Below, in pieces: positions 39,190-51,223 of a stretch of 64,000 bases of DNA. The stretch spans positions 2,062,457 to 2,126,456 of the forward strand of contig OZ316894.1 in assembly GCA_973895155.1 (NCBI GenBank), read 5' to 3'. The stretch comes from Marsupella aquatica. Lineage: Eukaryota > Plantae > Marchantiophyta. How positions within the stretch are numbered: position 1 is the stretch's first letter; every line of letters begins with the position of its first letter. The position numbers and the translations under genes were made by a program. The notes beneath the pieces are model-generated. The model was not told the origin of the DNA. It searched no databases and saw nothing but the letters and a program-made list of their open reading frames with translations.

Positions 39190-40620
39190 CATGAGTAATT
39201 TATGTCTTCATTGATTCCTTTTCTGGCATGGCTTTCTTGGTACAAAGATGCAAACAACAGCCAATCACAGAACAGTTTGTGCAAGGGGCCTATATCAGTC
39301 TCAAGATGTAGAGCATCAAGGGTCAGTCCAACAGCCATTGTCAATCTAAGCTTATGGATCACATAGGCCAAAATCAATGGTGAGTAGCAACCTTGAAAGG
39401 AGTCTACGGAATACTACCGCATGGCCAAAGCTTTCAAGTGCAATTCAAAGGCCCAAACACTAGGTGAACCAAAGGGAGCTTCTCTTTCAACCAGACCCTA
39501 AACTACTCACCTCTATGTATTGAGTAACAATCAAAGTATAGAAATGTGTATTGCGTTTTGATTAAAATCAAGACCCTCCCGTCCACTAACATGGTCAACA
39601 TAAGGGACAGAGATAAAAACAAAGAGCATAATTTTCATAGACTTTAGAGTACTCTAATGCTCATTTGTGCAAGTCAACTTAGCCCTTGACATACAACAAA
39701 TAAGGGCATGGACCAGTTGGCAGGGAGGTTCCCTCAGAGATTACCTGGGAGGAGGCACATTCCTGGCAGCACTACAATTCATTAGCACAGGCACCACCTT
39801 CTTATCCCCGAACCAACAACCTTCACTTCTATTGCTCCCTGGGGCAAAGAAGTGCGCTCATTCCCCACTGTTAGTAACTGAGCACTTGATCGATCAGCAT
39901 TCACAACAAGGCATTGAGGAATGTGATCACAACCTAACAAATAATGAACTTGAAGCATCAACATCTCTGGATGCTTCCCCAATCCAGTGGCAAGTTGGAC
40001 GCATTGCCAGTTGGCTTCCAAAAGCTCCATCCCAGTTCATTCATGCACCAGCCCATCATGTAGCCTCAACTGAGCTTAAAAGGCCTTGCTTGTACCACCA
40101 ACTGCAACAATGTGAAATGAAAGCCCATGCCATAAGCCAATTCAGAGCAGTGCCAACCTGCCTTGCCTTCACCATGAGTTAACTAACAAATATCTTTGAC
40201 TCCTTCTCACATAGCTTTGCTACCTTTGTGCATTACTAGCTTGAACATATGCCCAAGCTATAATCATAAATAAATGATGTGTATCATTGTGTCAGTCTCC
40301 AGTTCCACAGCCAACCACAGTTGTGCCCCCAAAGTCACCCTCTAGCTAGGGTCTTCATTCTGGAGTGTAGGCCCTTATCCTAGTTTTATAGATGTTTGAG
40401 CCTACATTTTTACCATTTGCCCATATTGACAACTCTCCAAGGTTTCTCCTTCAAATATTATTTCCCCCATCTTTCAGACGACCAGACAAACTGAGAATAG
40501 AGCAACATATACCTGAGTCTCAAATACCTAACCATGGGCCTTGCCTTGAAGGCATGCAAATGCAAAGCATGCTCAATGGCCCCCCACAGTTCCAATTTGA
40601 ACCAATCTAGATACTTAGAT
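39190..40620 (-). mobile_element. Degenerate pogo-like (Tc1/mariner, DDE_1/CENP-B type) DNA transposase remnant
   Basis: Frameshifted, stop-interrupted minus-strand peptides in the expected order: WFKLELWG.., FKLS*GYMMGWCMNELGWSFWKPTGNASNLPLDW, HIPQCLVVNADRSSAQLLTVGNERTSLPQGAIEVKVVG/GDKKVVPVLMNCSAA, LHLETDIGPLHKLFCDWLL. These resemble the pogo pattern LGWS.RK.T....KLP.DW..IP..LV.N.DQTG..L.P....RT....GAK.V...G..DKRQ.T. Termini not identified. Confidence 0.75.
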
Positions 40621-43600
40621 GGTTGCTTCCCTACCTTGCTTTTCTTTGAAGGTACTGTTAGCTCTGCGTCTGAATCACTTTGCTACCCTTTTTGAGCAGG
40701 AGACTAACATCTCTCTTCTTCAGCTCGAGACTTTACAGGATCATAGAGATAGATATAGATACAGTGGGGGTCACATGATCACTCGTCTTAGTAATTTGAC
40801 CAGGTTGTGGGATCATGCCATGCCTAAGCAATGCTGGTTAATTGTGACCCACTCTCGGATCAAGATGTTTAGATGACCCCTGGGGTCTGGCTGTCACTTC
40901 CTCCCCGCTGCGGTGGCGTGTGTTTTCGTGGGCGTCTGCCCCTCGGGTTCTGGTGTTGTGAGTGATGGCCCTGAGGGTTTGTTGTTCTTTTTGCCGCTGG
41001 TTTTCGCCATGGTTCTTTTGAATGTCAGTTTGCGCACTGCCTCCTTCCCCCCAAAAAAAACAAAAAAAAGCTCTGGGTCTGAATTCAAGGCCTCAAGACT
41101 AGGTTTGGGGTTATTTTCTCCAAGGGTGTCATTGACAGTTCTCTCCAGGAGGATTGCTTTGCTCTGCCCCCTCTCTTTCCATGTCTCCTCACCGCATGAT
41201 AGGAAGCTCATTGGGGCAATGTTTTCTTGGTCTTTGGCCTGTGACCAATGCTCTGAAAAATATTTTCTCTTCTGAGGTAGGAGGTACTAGTACTTTATGA
41301 AATTGAGGTTGTATGCAAACACATTGGAATGCCTTGAAGTTATGCTCCCCTACTTGATCTTTAGCACATCTATCACACCAACAAGAAAAGGGGATGTGTC
41401 ACTCTAAAGGCATCTAGCTCCTCCTCTTGAACAACAACAAGTGTGAACACCATGTCAGCCTAATGGGGAATGAGGAAATTTTCATCCAAAATACCTACTC
41501 AAAAAGGCAAAAGTGATATGGGATTCAACGGCAAAAATGGTGTGTGAGGCTTTCCCTTTTGTGCTTCAATTGATGTCTTGCTATAACTAATATGATTAGA
41601 TCAAATACAAGCCATAAGGTCTCCATCCAAAACTTTTGAACTCCAATGGGATCCAAAAATGATTTTTGTATTGAGAGTTTAATTTGTTACTCTAAATCTG
41701 TATCATTCTCAAAACTTCAATGGGATTGAGTAAAAAGGTTTCAGAAAGAGATACCAACTTTTGACAGAAATTAGCTAGATTTCTTTCTTCATTAGCCTGT
41801 TTCCCACCTTGCCACACACCCCATTAGCAAATTTTACACTTATTCTGAAGCATCCATGGGACTGCACTGTCAAAAACAATCCAGAAAAAATAGTTTCAAA
41901 ATATTCCTTGAATCTTCTTCTTCACAAAGGTTGACATAAGCCACCTGGAAAAAAGAAATAACCTTAAAAAGTAACTTATCTTAGAGGGCAGGTAATACTC
42001 TATTACATAGCTACTTTTGGTAAAAAATTGCAAATTTTTTGGTCTTCCATGAGCCAGTTTTCCACCTAGCCACAAACCCCATTACCCAAAATCTAATGAT
42101 TATGTCTAAATATAGGGTGATCTATATGTAATAAAAGTCCTCAGGTTGAGTTTTAGTGCCAATAATGCTCTAGCAATAGGACCTAAATTTACTTAAAGCA
42201 TTAAGACATTTCTACTAAATCTGGTAAGAGCATAGGAGAATTTCCACAATGAGCCCATCCAAATCATGAGCATGCATTCTTTGCATAATGACCTGAAAAT
42301 AACAAAGAGAAAAAGTTACAAAGTACATTAAGATAGCAACCATTAATCTAAAAAAATTTATCTAAGAAATATATCACTACAGTAGTAGCGTCGTCTCTTT
42401 TACACAAAGTCCTATTCCTGGCGAACATGGAAAACCTTAAACCTCACCCTGAGGGTGAAAGCGGGTAATACTCTACTACCAACTTGAGGGCGGGTCAGAA
42501 TGTAATCGTGAGTACCTATAATCAGTCCTATAGGGTAACCCCAGCTGAGGCGGTCATCCGGTTCCGGCTAAGGGCAGTCCCGGTCGACCCGTCATTCCCG
42601 CGATCCCGTCCTTCCGTCCAGAATTCCAGATATCGTACTGTAAGCGTCGCCGGCTTTTGGGATACCCACGTACGTCACCGCGCCGTCAAAATCTACGGGT
42701 CTGACACCCAATGCGACTCTGACACCTCGCACATTTCGATTCTCTCGGCTTAGTAAGTTGGCCTCCGATTGTTATTTTACTGTATTAAAAACTGCGAAGA
42801 TTCTCCCGGAGATAACGTACTATTGTCTAATTAATGCACTTTTTGATCGTGCTAGTGCTACGTTATCCTTGGGTCATTTGCTAAGAGATATACTTGTTAG
42901 ACCCCAAAATGAAAAGAATTATTTGATGTACCCATGAGATATCGCCGTTGTTGTTGATGTACCTTAAATCAACGTACTTCAACCCTCATGGAGTCCATCG
43001 AGTAATTTTTTTCAATTTAAGGGTCCATCATATACATATATATTTATTTATTTATTTATTTATCTCTATTTCTATTTCTATATATTTATTTATTAATTTC
43101 TCCTTATCATTTGTTTCTTTTTCTCTAAAAAGTGTAAAGGTTTTGCATTACTCTTTGGTCATTCACTCCCAATTTTTGGTTGCTTGTTAGCTCTACAATG
43201 TATATGGGTAGCCCAACTGGAGATATATGCTTGATGGTCCCCTTTTATAAATAGTTTACCTGGTAGGCCCCACTAAACTATTATACAAAAGTGGTGTTAC
43301 CCCAGGTGTTACAAACTAGGCTCCCCATTAATCTTATTTTATAGAGACCCTTTAGTAAGTTCCATACATATGTTTCTTGTGTGGTGTCAACGTGCATGCT
43401 CTAACATACTTAGTCCACCATCCGTGCCCTGGGTCATAGTCCAACCATGCTTCCATGCTTGAAGACATGATGTATTATTTAGTTAGATGCTTTAGGGGAT
43501 CCTTTGGATAGTTAGATGAGTGAGAGCATATGACATTTCTAGTCTAGTTCTTGCAGGCTTGCAAAGTTTTCCTGTGGTATGAGGGGTTATGCAAGTTTTC

Positions 43601-45257
43601 AAATTTGTATCATCTCTGGTATAGGAGGGGATTTATGGTGTCCCAATCATGTATCATGGAGGTTGTCAATTTTTATTGTGGAAGGAGGGGGGCATGGGCA
43701 TTTAGCCAAGGCATTCCAACGATCACCTCAATGTTGTGTTTTGATTGACACTTGCACAAATAGAAGCACAGAGAAAGACATCAAAACATCGTGAATAACT
43801 TATGCACAGCTTGCGTGAAGTAATCTAATGACAAAGGCAGTATGGTGAAAATGTCAAATGAATCATTTCAAACCTGAAGATATGAATAATGTTGTCTTCA
43901 GTTAAGTTACATTGTAGTTTGGGCATTGGCAGCCATTATCCTGTGGTTCCCCCCAAGTGTGTAGTTCATGGTTCCAGTAGGGTTGACCTCAATTTTCACA
44001 CTAACTGTTATTGGTGATAGTATGAAACAAAACACCTTGTTACAATAACATCTAACACACAAGTGTGATACGGGGCCTAGTCTGCAACAAAAGTTTTGTA
44101 GGGGCCATCACATAAACTTGTTCTAAGAGGCTCCCATCAAGCATATACCTCAATGCAATTGTTATGATTTTTCTGTTTTGCTAAGGGGGCAAATGTCACC
44201 TATGTGAAGAAATACAAGATGCTGGGAATATTCTCTATGTAAGTTTATAGCTAAAATCTGACCATTAGAATTTCCTAGATTTAGGGATGATGATGGTTAA
44301 GACATTTCAATGAGGTGAAACCTAACAAATTTTCAACACTTAAAAACTGGCTTCTAAGATGGGGGGGTGTGGGGCGTTACAAGAATGACTGCACAACAAA
44401 TGGTGGTCACTCCCAAGATTTTATTGCAACCCTTCATATCAAGTGACAGGTTCATTTTGGCTTTACATGGAGATGATAAGACAAAATCTATCCATCCTAC
44501 ATGTATTGGAGTGGGACCCCTAAAATGCCTATGTAGACAGTGACCAAAGTTTAAACTGCCTCTTGACATGATGAACCTCCTAATGTGATTTACTCTGAAG
44601 ATCTACCAAGCTTCTCATTTGACTGCTGAGTAGGGCTTTAGTTCCATTGCTGCTGAGTAAGACTTTAGTTTCATTACCGCATTGGGCGACTTGCAGGTTT
44701 TCTGGCTCTTTGATCATTATTGAAAGAGGGGGGCTACAGTCCATAGCCCCACGAGTTCATGCATTATGGGGAGTAGACCCCAAGTGTACTTTCCTTCATC
44801 CTACATAACAATTCACCTGCATCCCATAACCCCTCAAGCTAGGCTTCCAACAGGTCTATGAGGTCTCATAATGCTTGAGCCAAGCTGGTTAGGCTGCTCT
44901 AGCTAGTAGTTGTAAAACAAATTACCTGAGGGGTTATATGGTTACATCTTGACACTAAAAATGAAACCCAACCATCAAGATCCAAGAATAAGTTCATAAC
45001 CCTTGTTTTTAGCATGACAATGGGTTTCTTTACTCCCTGTTCAATTTACTTTGGATATTTCTAATCGAGTAAACATGGGGTTCTAAAGGAATAGATTTCA
45101 GCATGGAGAATGACTTCAACGGGAAGCCAAGCATGGTTAAACAGAACTGAGACTATATTGGATATGATTCAAATGTGCACCAATACTTTCCAATCGTTTA
45201 TTTCTGAAAATGTTTACATGTATGTATCTCAACCTATCATTGTGAGACCTGTTGGCA

Positions 45258-45540
45258 AACTCTTGTCTTTTCCTATTTCTAACGATGAACCACCCACAAG
45301 CAAAGCCTGCAACTGGCTTGTAGTTTTGTCTTTCCCTATTTTTAGCCGGAACCGCCCACAAGCAAGGCATGCAACTGGCTTGCAGGTTTATCCTTTCCTA
45401 TTTTTAGTGGTAAACCGCCCACTAGCAAGCTGGGCAACTGGCTAACAATTTTGTCTTTCCTACTTTTAGTGGAAAACTGCCCACAAGCAAGCTAGGCAAC
45501 TGGCTTGCAGTTTTGTCTTTTACTATTTTTAGTGAAAAAC
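45258..45540. repeat. ~62-bp minisatellite, about 4.5 copies
   Basis: Unit aaccgcccacaagcaag....gcaactggcttgcagttttgtctttcctatttttagtgg at ~45288, 45350, 45413 and 45475. Confidence 0.9.
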
Positions 45541-46429
45541 ATTGGGGGCTTAACTGAAGTTGGGGTGTGGGTGGGAAGGGGGATTAAGGGCAAGGTGCTC
45601 AGTCCCTACACATGGTTGAACATGTGAGAAGTCACTAGAAACCAATTGGATTTGAAAAGGTGAATGGACAAATGCAGTCAGGCTAGATGTGATAATGAGA
45701 AGGCAAACTTTAAAGACTGAAAATAATGGCCAGATGGACGGCAAGGTTTGCTTACCTGCTTGGATGGACTTTCTCCACAGGGATGGATTATGTTTAAACC
45801 TTGAATCTGCTAGGCTAACATGTTTTACATTAACAGGTACAAAATAATGGGCAATTTGACATCTATTTGATGATTTTAGATGATCATATTTTGAGCAGGA
45901 TTTCTTCAGAACCGCTAATGTCTTAAGACCCATTCAATGCCCATTCTAACAAACCAGGTTTAGTTCAACTCCAATCACAATTTGGAAACTATATGAATGC
46001 AAACAAATCAGACGGATTCACGTACAGAATTGAAGACCTGTCATTGTGACTATAACGCAGGCAAGGGGTCCATCTGAATGCATAGTTAAGGGCAGGGTCC
46101 ATCATTCAACTCGCATTAAGACCTGGCATCAAGTCCCTGGGCCCTCAGTCTTAACTAATACATGGAGGACGTGCGAACGCTCCAAGGGTAGTTTTTATTC
46201 ATTTTGAACTAATAATTATAATTATTATCGATAATAAGAGAACTTTTAATGGTAAAATGGAAATAACAAGGGGTAAACATGAAAAGGGCCCGATCGTAGG
46301 GGGGTCAACTTCTTTTACACGGAGTGAGGGCCCAGGGCATCAAGTACTGTAGTTAAGTTGGTTTACACCTCTAAAACTACATAAAAAGAGAGAAAACAAC
46401 CAGTATGAGGTTCTTTTGAGTTTGTTTTA

Positions 46430-46755
46430 TCTTAGGCATTTACTCTTAGCTCTAGGGTCACGGCTATAACCGTAGTTAGGGCTGAACTTAGTCGCGGACT
46501 AGGATAGGTTAACTAGGTTGCACACTATATCCCAAACGGTGTTTGCTTAAATAGTGAGGAATCAGGCTCATTGTTATGGAACCACTTGCGAGATAGGGAG
46601 ATCTCGTATTGAGGAGACTCGATACAACCAAGGGGCCTAGAGTGCAGTAAAGTTCTTGTGTGTTCCTATGAATGTAGCCTCAGCTGAGATGAACCACATA
46701 TTTATGTGTTGGATGATCATAGGCTTGCTGTTGTGAATATAGTCTTTACTCAACA
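46430..46755. mobile_element. Solo LTR (326 bp), same family as 13418-13758 in opposite orientation
   Basis: Starts TCTTAGG (TG mutated) and ends TCAACA. Flanked by TTTTA on both sides (46425-46429, 46756-46760). Shares blocks such as ggttaactaggttgcacactatatcc and aaagttcttgtgtgttcc with the reverse complement of 13418-13758. Confidence 0.8.
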
Positions 46756-49073
46756 TTTTAAGGGCACACTCGGATAGCCTGAAACTTTACACTACCATGT
46801 GGATTATCAGGTTCACACAATAAATAGAAAATTCTTGAAAAGTTGAGCCTTAGAAATTTATTGAAAAGAGTCTTGCAAAACTTGAAAAATTACAAAGCAT
46901 ATTCTATATATTTTGATTAATACTGATTTATAAGAGTTTACATTGTTTTTAAGTGATTCAGATTGCAATTGAGAGCAATCATTTATGCCTTTGCGTCATA
47001 ATTATTAACTCTTTGCAAACTGCATGCCCCATTCTGATTGTTCTTGGAGGTATCATGCAAAGGGCAAAGCAGGCACGAGCCAGAAAGACAACAGGGCTAA
47101 GCACAAAGTAAGACCGGCAAAATGGGGTTGAGAGGGGTAGTAAGTGACTCAGCCCAATGTATCCTTGAGGGGTCAACTACACAAAAAAAAACTGCAGGCA
47201 CTAGGTCTCATTCAAAAAAAAGTATTTTAATACTATTTGACAGTTCTAGGAAGCCTAGGAAGTAAAATGAGGCATGTACAACATTAAAGTAGAGAAACAT
47301 TTTGCTGTATACCTTTTATAGACTAAAATAATTTGATTATTCAAAATTCAAGATAGGGATAGTTATCTTTATAGTATGGGTTCACACTAGGTGAGGATGG
47401 CACGTGGTATCCTAAAAACACACCAAGTTACTGCCCAATTAAGGATGCATCTTGAGGAGATTATTTTACCAAGTCAGTAAAAACCTAGCACAATGAGTCA
47501 CCGCTAAACGAGTAGGAAAGTAGCCCCAGATCCAAGAGGTACTACTTCTAGTACAAAGTTCAGCAATTGATCTGAAAAGATCAAATCACTAAGATACCTT
47601 GGTGAGCAGAGCCAATTTGCTTAGGATGTAGGCCTATGTAGAAGATGGGGCATGACAGGACTTGTATGCCATTGGAGTTATTGAGAACTTGCCCAGGTTC
47701 CTCCAAGATGTGACCTTGGGAGGACGGTAGCCATCCCCAGTTTGAGTTGTGAATGCAATCAATCTGAGAGTTGAAGCCAGAGTTCGTGGCGAATAGTGCT
47801 TGTGGCTGAAGAGATTTTCCCTTTAGACTGGCTCAGTCCGTCTTGAGCTATGCTCTAAACTTTTGACACTGAGTAATAACTCCCACAGGAGTCAAAGTAA
47901 TATCCTGTATCGGAAGGGGGCAACATGCTTTCCAGACATGCCAGATTTTCACAACTGTTAAGATCCCCCAAAACTTGTTAGGTAATCTAGGGTGAAGGAA
48001 GAAGAAGGGGGGGGGGGGTGTGACAAAACAACACCTGGTGCCCACATATAGACATTTGGGTTTACATTTGGAACACAATTTTGGCATAGATTAGTTGCTC
48101 ATTCCCTCACTTCTCATGACTTAAGGCAATTGCAAAGACAGTGCCATGGGTCTTCTCATGACTTAGGGCAACGATGGCAACCGAGTATCAGCCTTCTTCG
48201 TTCCAGCAGCAGGGGGATCACCATCTTGGACATGGTAGGCAACTTGCCGAAGGAACCTCTTTTCAACACCTGCCTTCCAAGGTTCAGGGGTCCCACTCTC
48301 GTAACATTATTTTGTCCAACCTTGGTCCAATGCTAACACTACAAATTGGGGATGTAGTTCTGTCTTGCCTCAATTTTGGTACTTTTGGGCCCCCCTCAAA
48401 CAACTAAAGAATATAAAAAGGTTGCAATTGGAACTGGATCCCAAAAGGAATGTCTAACATTAGGATGTGTGATTATTTAACCTTGACTACCATGTGCAAA
48501 GCCAGATCCAACTGGCAATCTATGCTCCACTGGAAGGGATGTTTTCCTGATCATATGATTCTCCCGATTCAAGTGGGTTGGTTTTGATTCAATGGGTAAT
48601 ATTCTGTATAAGAACATGTGGTTATCTTACCACCTTAATGGCATCCAGGTTGCCACAATTATTTTAAAATGGATGAACTAACTAAATATCTGGAGGTTTG
48701 TCATGCCAAATTGGAGAATATTCTGAGCATCCTGAAGTACCACCAATAGAGTTTTTAAAATCCAAAAATGAAACCAGGACAGTAATATTCTGGCCTTTAG
48801 TTATTTATTAAAATGAAAAAAAAATTAATGATTAAATCATTTTAATCAATAACCGAGCAGGGGTTATTGATTAAAATGAGATGTAATCAATGTTTTGAGC
48901 AGGTCCTCCCATAACAGGGGATGGCACTGGAGTACTAACAACCACAGAAATGAATCCTAAAATTAGGGTGGGCCACACTTATATATGGGAGGCAATTTGC
49001 ATAGGCCTGCAATGAGTCATTAGTGTGGGTCCCATGCAAAAGTTAGAGTAGTTCCAAGTGTTAACAATCTACA

Positions 49074-51223
49074 CTGTTCACCCTTAATTAGTGCTATGTA
49101 GAATTAACATTACTAAAATTTTAGTGTTAAACACTAATATTGGTAAAAGTGATTTTGAGTCCAAGTAACGAACTTAAAGCCCGGATGGACTTGCACGTTG
49201 TTCGTGAAGCTCTCATGGATAAACCAAACCTGCATTTGTTCGTGAAGCTCTCATGGATAAACCAAACCTGCATGGACGGATCAAAACATAAAAATGTGCT
49301 TGGACATTGTTAATTACATTTATGTCCATAAAGTACACTGCAGTAACCAAATCTTCACTTCTATCCATAAATTTTCTCTGTCACTAACTCTGTCACCACT
49401 TCTATCCTAAAAATATGTCAGTGGCCATAGCATTTTTTTATTGAGAACTTAGCTGTTTTCTCCCAATACCTTTCCCCTCCACATAATTACTCTGACTATT
49501 TTTAAGAGTTTAATAAAAAAGATAACATTTAAAGTACATTAAATTTGGTTCTTATGTAAAGACCTAAAGTAGATGAAACTTTGAATAGATTGAGTGCTTC
49601 ACATTCTATTCATACCGCCTTGAGTAGTTTGCCCAATGGTAAAAACCAAATGAACTTAATTACTCTAAAATATGTTTTAATATTCAAAAGCCCCGCAAAG
49701 GGGGGAAAGCAAGCAGCACAATGACTCATGAGCCAAGGAGACAATTCCCACCAAGGAGGCCAGTGGCACCCAAATAAGCTCAATTGTCACATATAGATTA
49801 CAATGTTTCTGCACACTTTCTTGAGATTCTAGGGCATGGATACTTTGCGGGAATGATTATACAATTTCCAGAAATGTTGTTGCAAAATATTTTTTATAGA
49901 GCATTGCTTGTTATCGGAAAATATAGTCATTTCCCTCGGGGCCCACATCACGGGTGGAGTTTACAAGTAATAACACCCTAAAACTTAAGAAAATAAAGTT
50001 GAGTTTTACTATATTTTTACCCCTAACTTTATGGAATATTCTATGAATATTCTCACTTTTGATATTTAAAAACCTTATATTTCTTATAATTCTTAAAATT
50101 GGATTAAAACGCACCTATGTTTCTTCAGCAAAATAAAGTAAAGTCTTCAACGGATTCGAATTAAAAACCCCTAACTTCGTCGCACGCGATGGGTCGGAAG
50201 AAAAGAAGCGAGGACCCAAGATTTTTCTATTGTGAAGCTGAAGGAAATTTTAATTTACATGAGCGTTGTTGTGGAATCCTATTTTTTAGAGACCAATGCT
50301 CTTGCCATAAAAAGTGTTTTGACTAATTTTATTGTTATAGAGCTACTTAAGATTTTTTCTTTTGGGGAGTATTGTTGATGAATCATATTTCCAGAGAGCA
50401 ATGTTCTTGTCAGAAAGAGCGTCTTTTTTGCTCCAGAGCTATCGGAAATCATGTTGTTCATACGGCGCTGCTCTTGTTACAAGGAGCGCTTCAAGTACTT
50501 TGCCGCTACGGAAGCTACAGGAAAAAGCTACATGAAATGTTAAAGGTGCATCTTCATTCTCTATTTCATAATTATACATTCTTAATTTCAGTTTTTGGTG
50601 TTATGTTCTTACCGTGACAGAATTTGATGCACATTATGTTCTTACCGTGACAGAAATGTAGGTGGGCAATTAATGACAGAATTTACCATGCATTTGCAGT
50701 TAAGCACTCTCGTGATTATGTGTAATATGGTCTGTCCCCTGTCATAGTCCATGGGGATAGATGGAGACAACCTAGCAGTCCATCTGGGCTTTAGTTACCC
50801 AAGTAACACTATCTTTTGTAGGTTTTTCAAAATAGTTATTTTCCACTTTTGTTTAAATTACTGGAAAAAATGGGTGGTCTTTGTAGAAAATGTTTTTTAA
50901 GAGAATTTTGTGAAACCCCATAGAAAGGGAATAGTCAGTCAGAACATTTGAATTCTAGACCTATGAGTCTCAATTTAAGTGAGCTATCACTCAACCATGC
51001 CTCTAAGTAGGGCAAAAAATGGCGATCTTGAGTCCAAAGTAACACTAATTCCTGTGGATTTTCAGAATAATTTTTATCCTTTATTTTTTCACAAAATATC
51101 ACAGTACCACTAATTCATGCGTGCGGGAAATAGTGTTATGACAAAATTAGTGTGACTAACACTAATTCATGAATACACCCTGACACCCAAATTAGTATGA
51201 GTAACACTAATTACAGTGAACAG
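49074..51223. mobile_element. ~2.1-kb element bounded by imperfect terminal inverted repeats with subterminal ACACTAATT motifs
   Basis: Left ctgttcacccttaattagtgct vs right agtaacactaattacagtgaacag. A second inverted pair: aacttaaagcccggatggact (49172) and agtccatctgggctttagtt (50777). Multiple (A)CACTAATT/AATTAGTG motifs near both ends. Confidence 0.5.
49198..49273. repeat. Perfect 38-bp tandem duplication
   Basis: ttgttcgtgaagctctcatggataaaccaaacctgcat twice. Confidence 0.95.

Noticed and set aside
39667-40182. 171-aa + strand ORF
   Set aside because: Antisense to the decayed pogo-like transposase; no features of its own.
45258-45540. Regular repeat array superficially like CRISPR
   Set aside because: Whole units repeat with no unique spacers, there are no cas genes, and the context is eukaryotic; it is a minisatellite.
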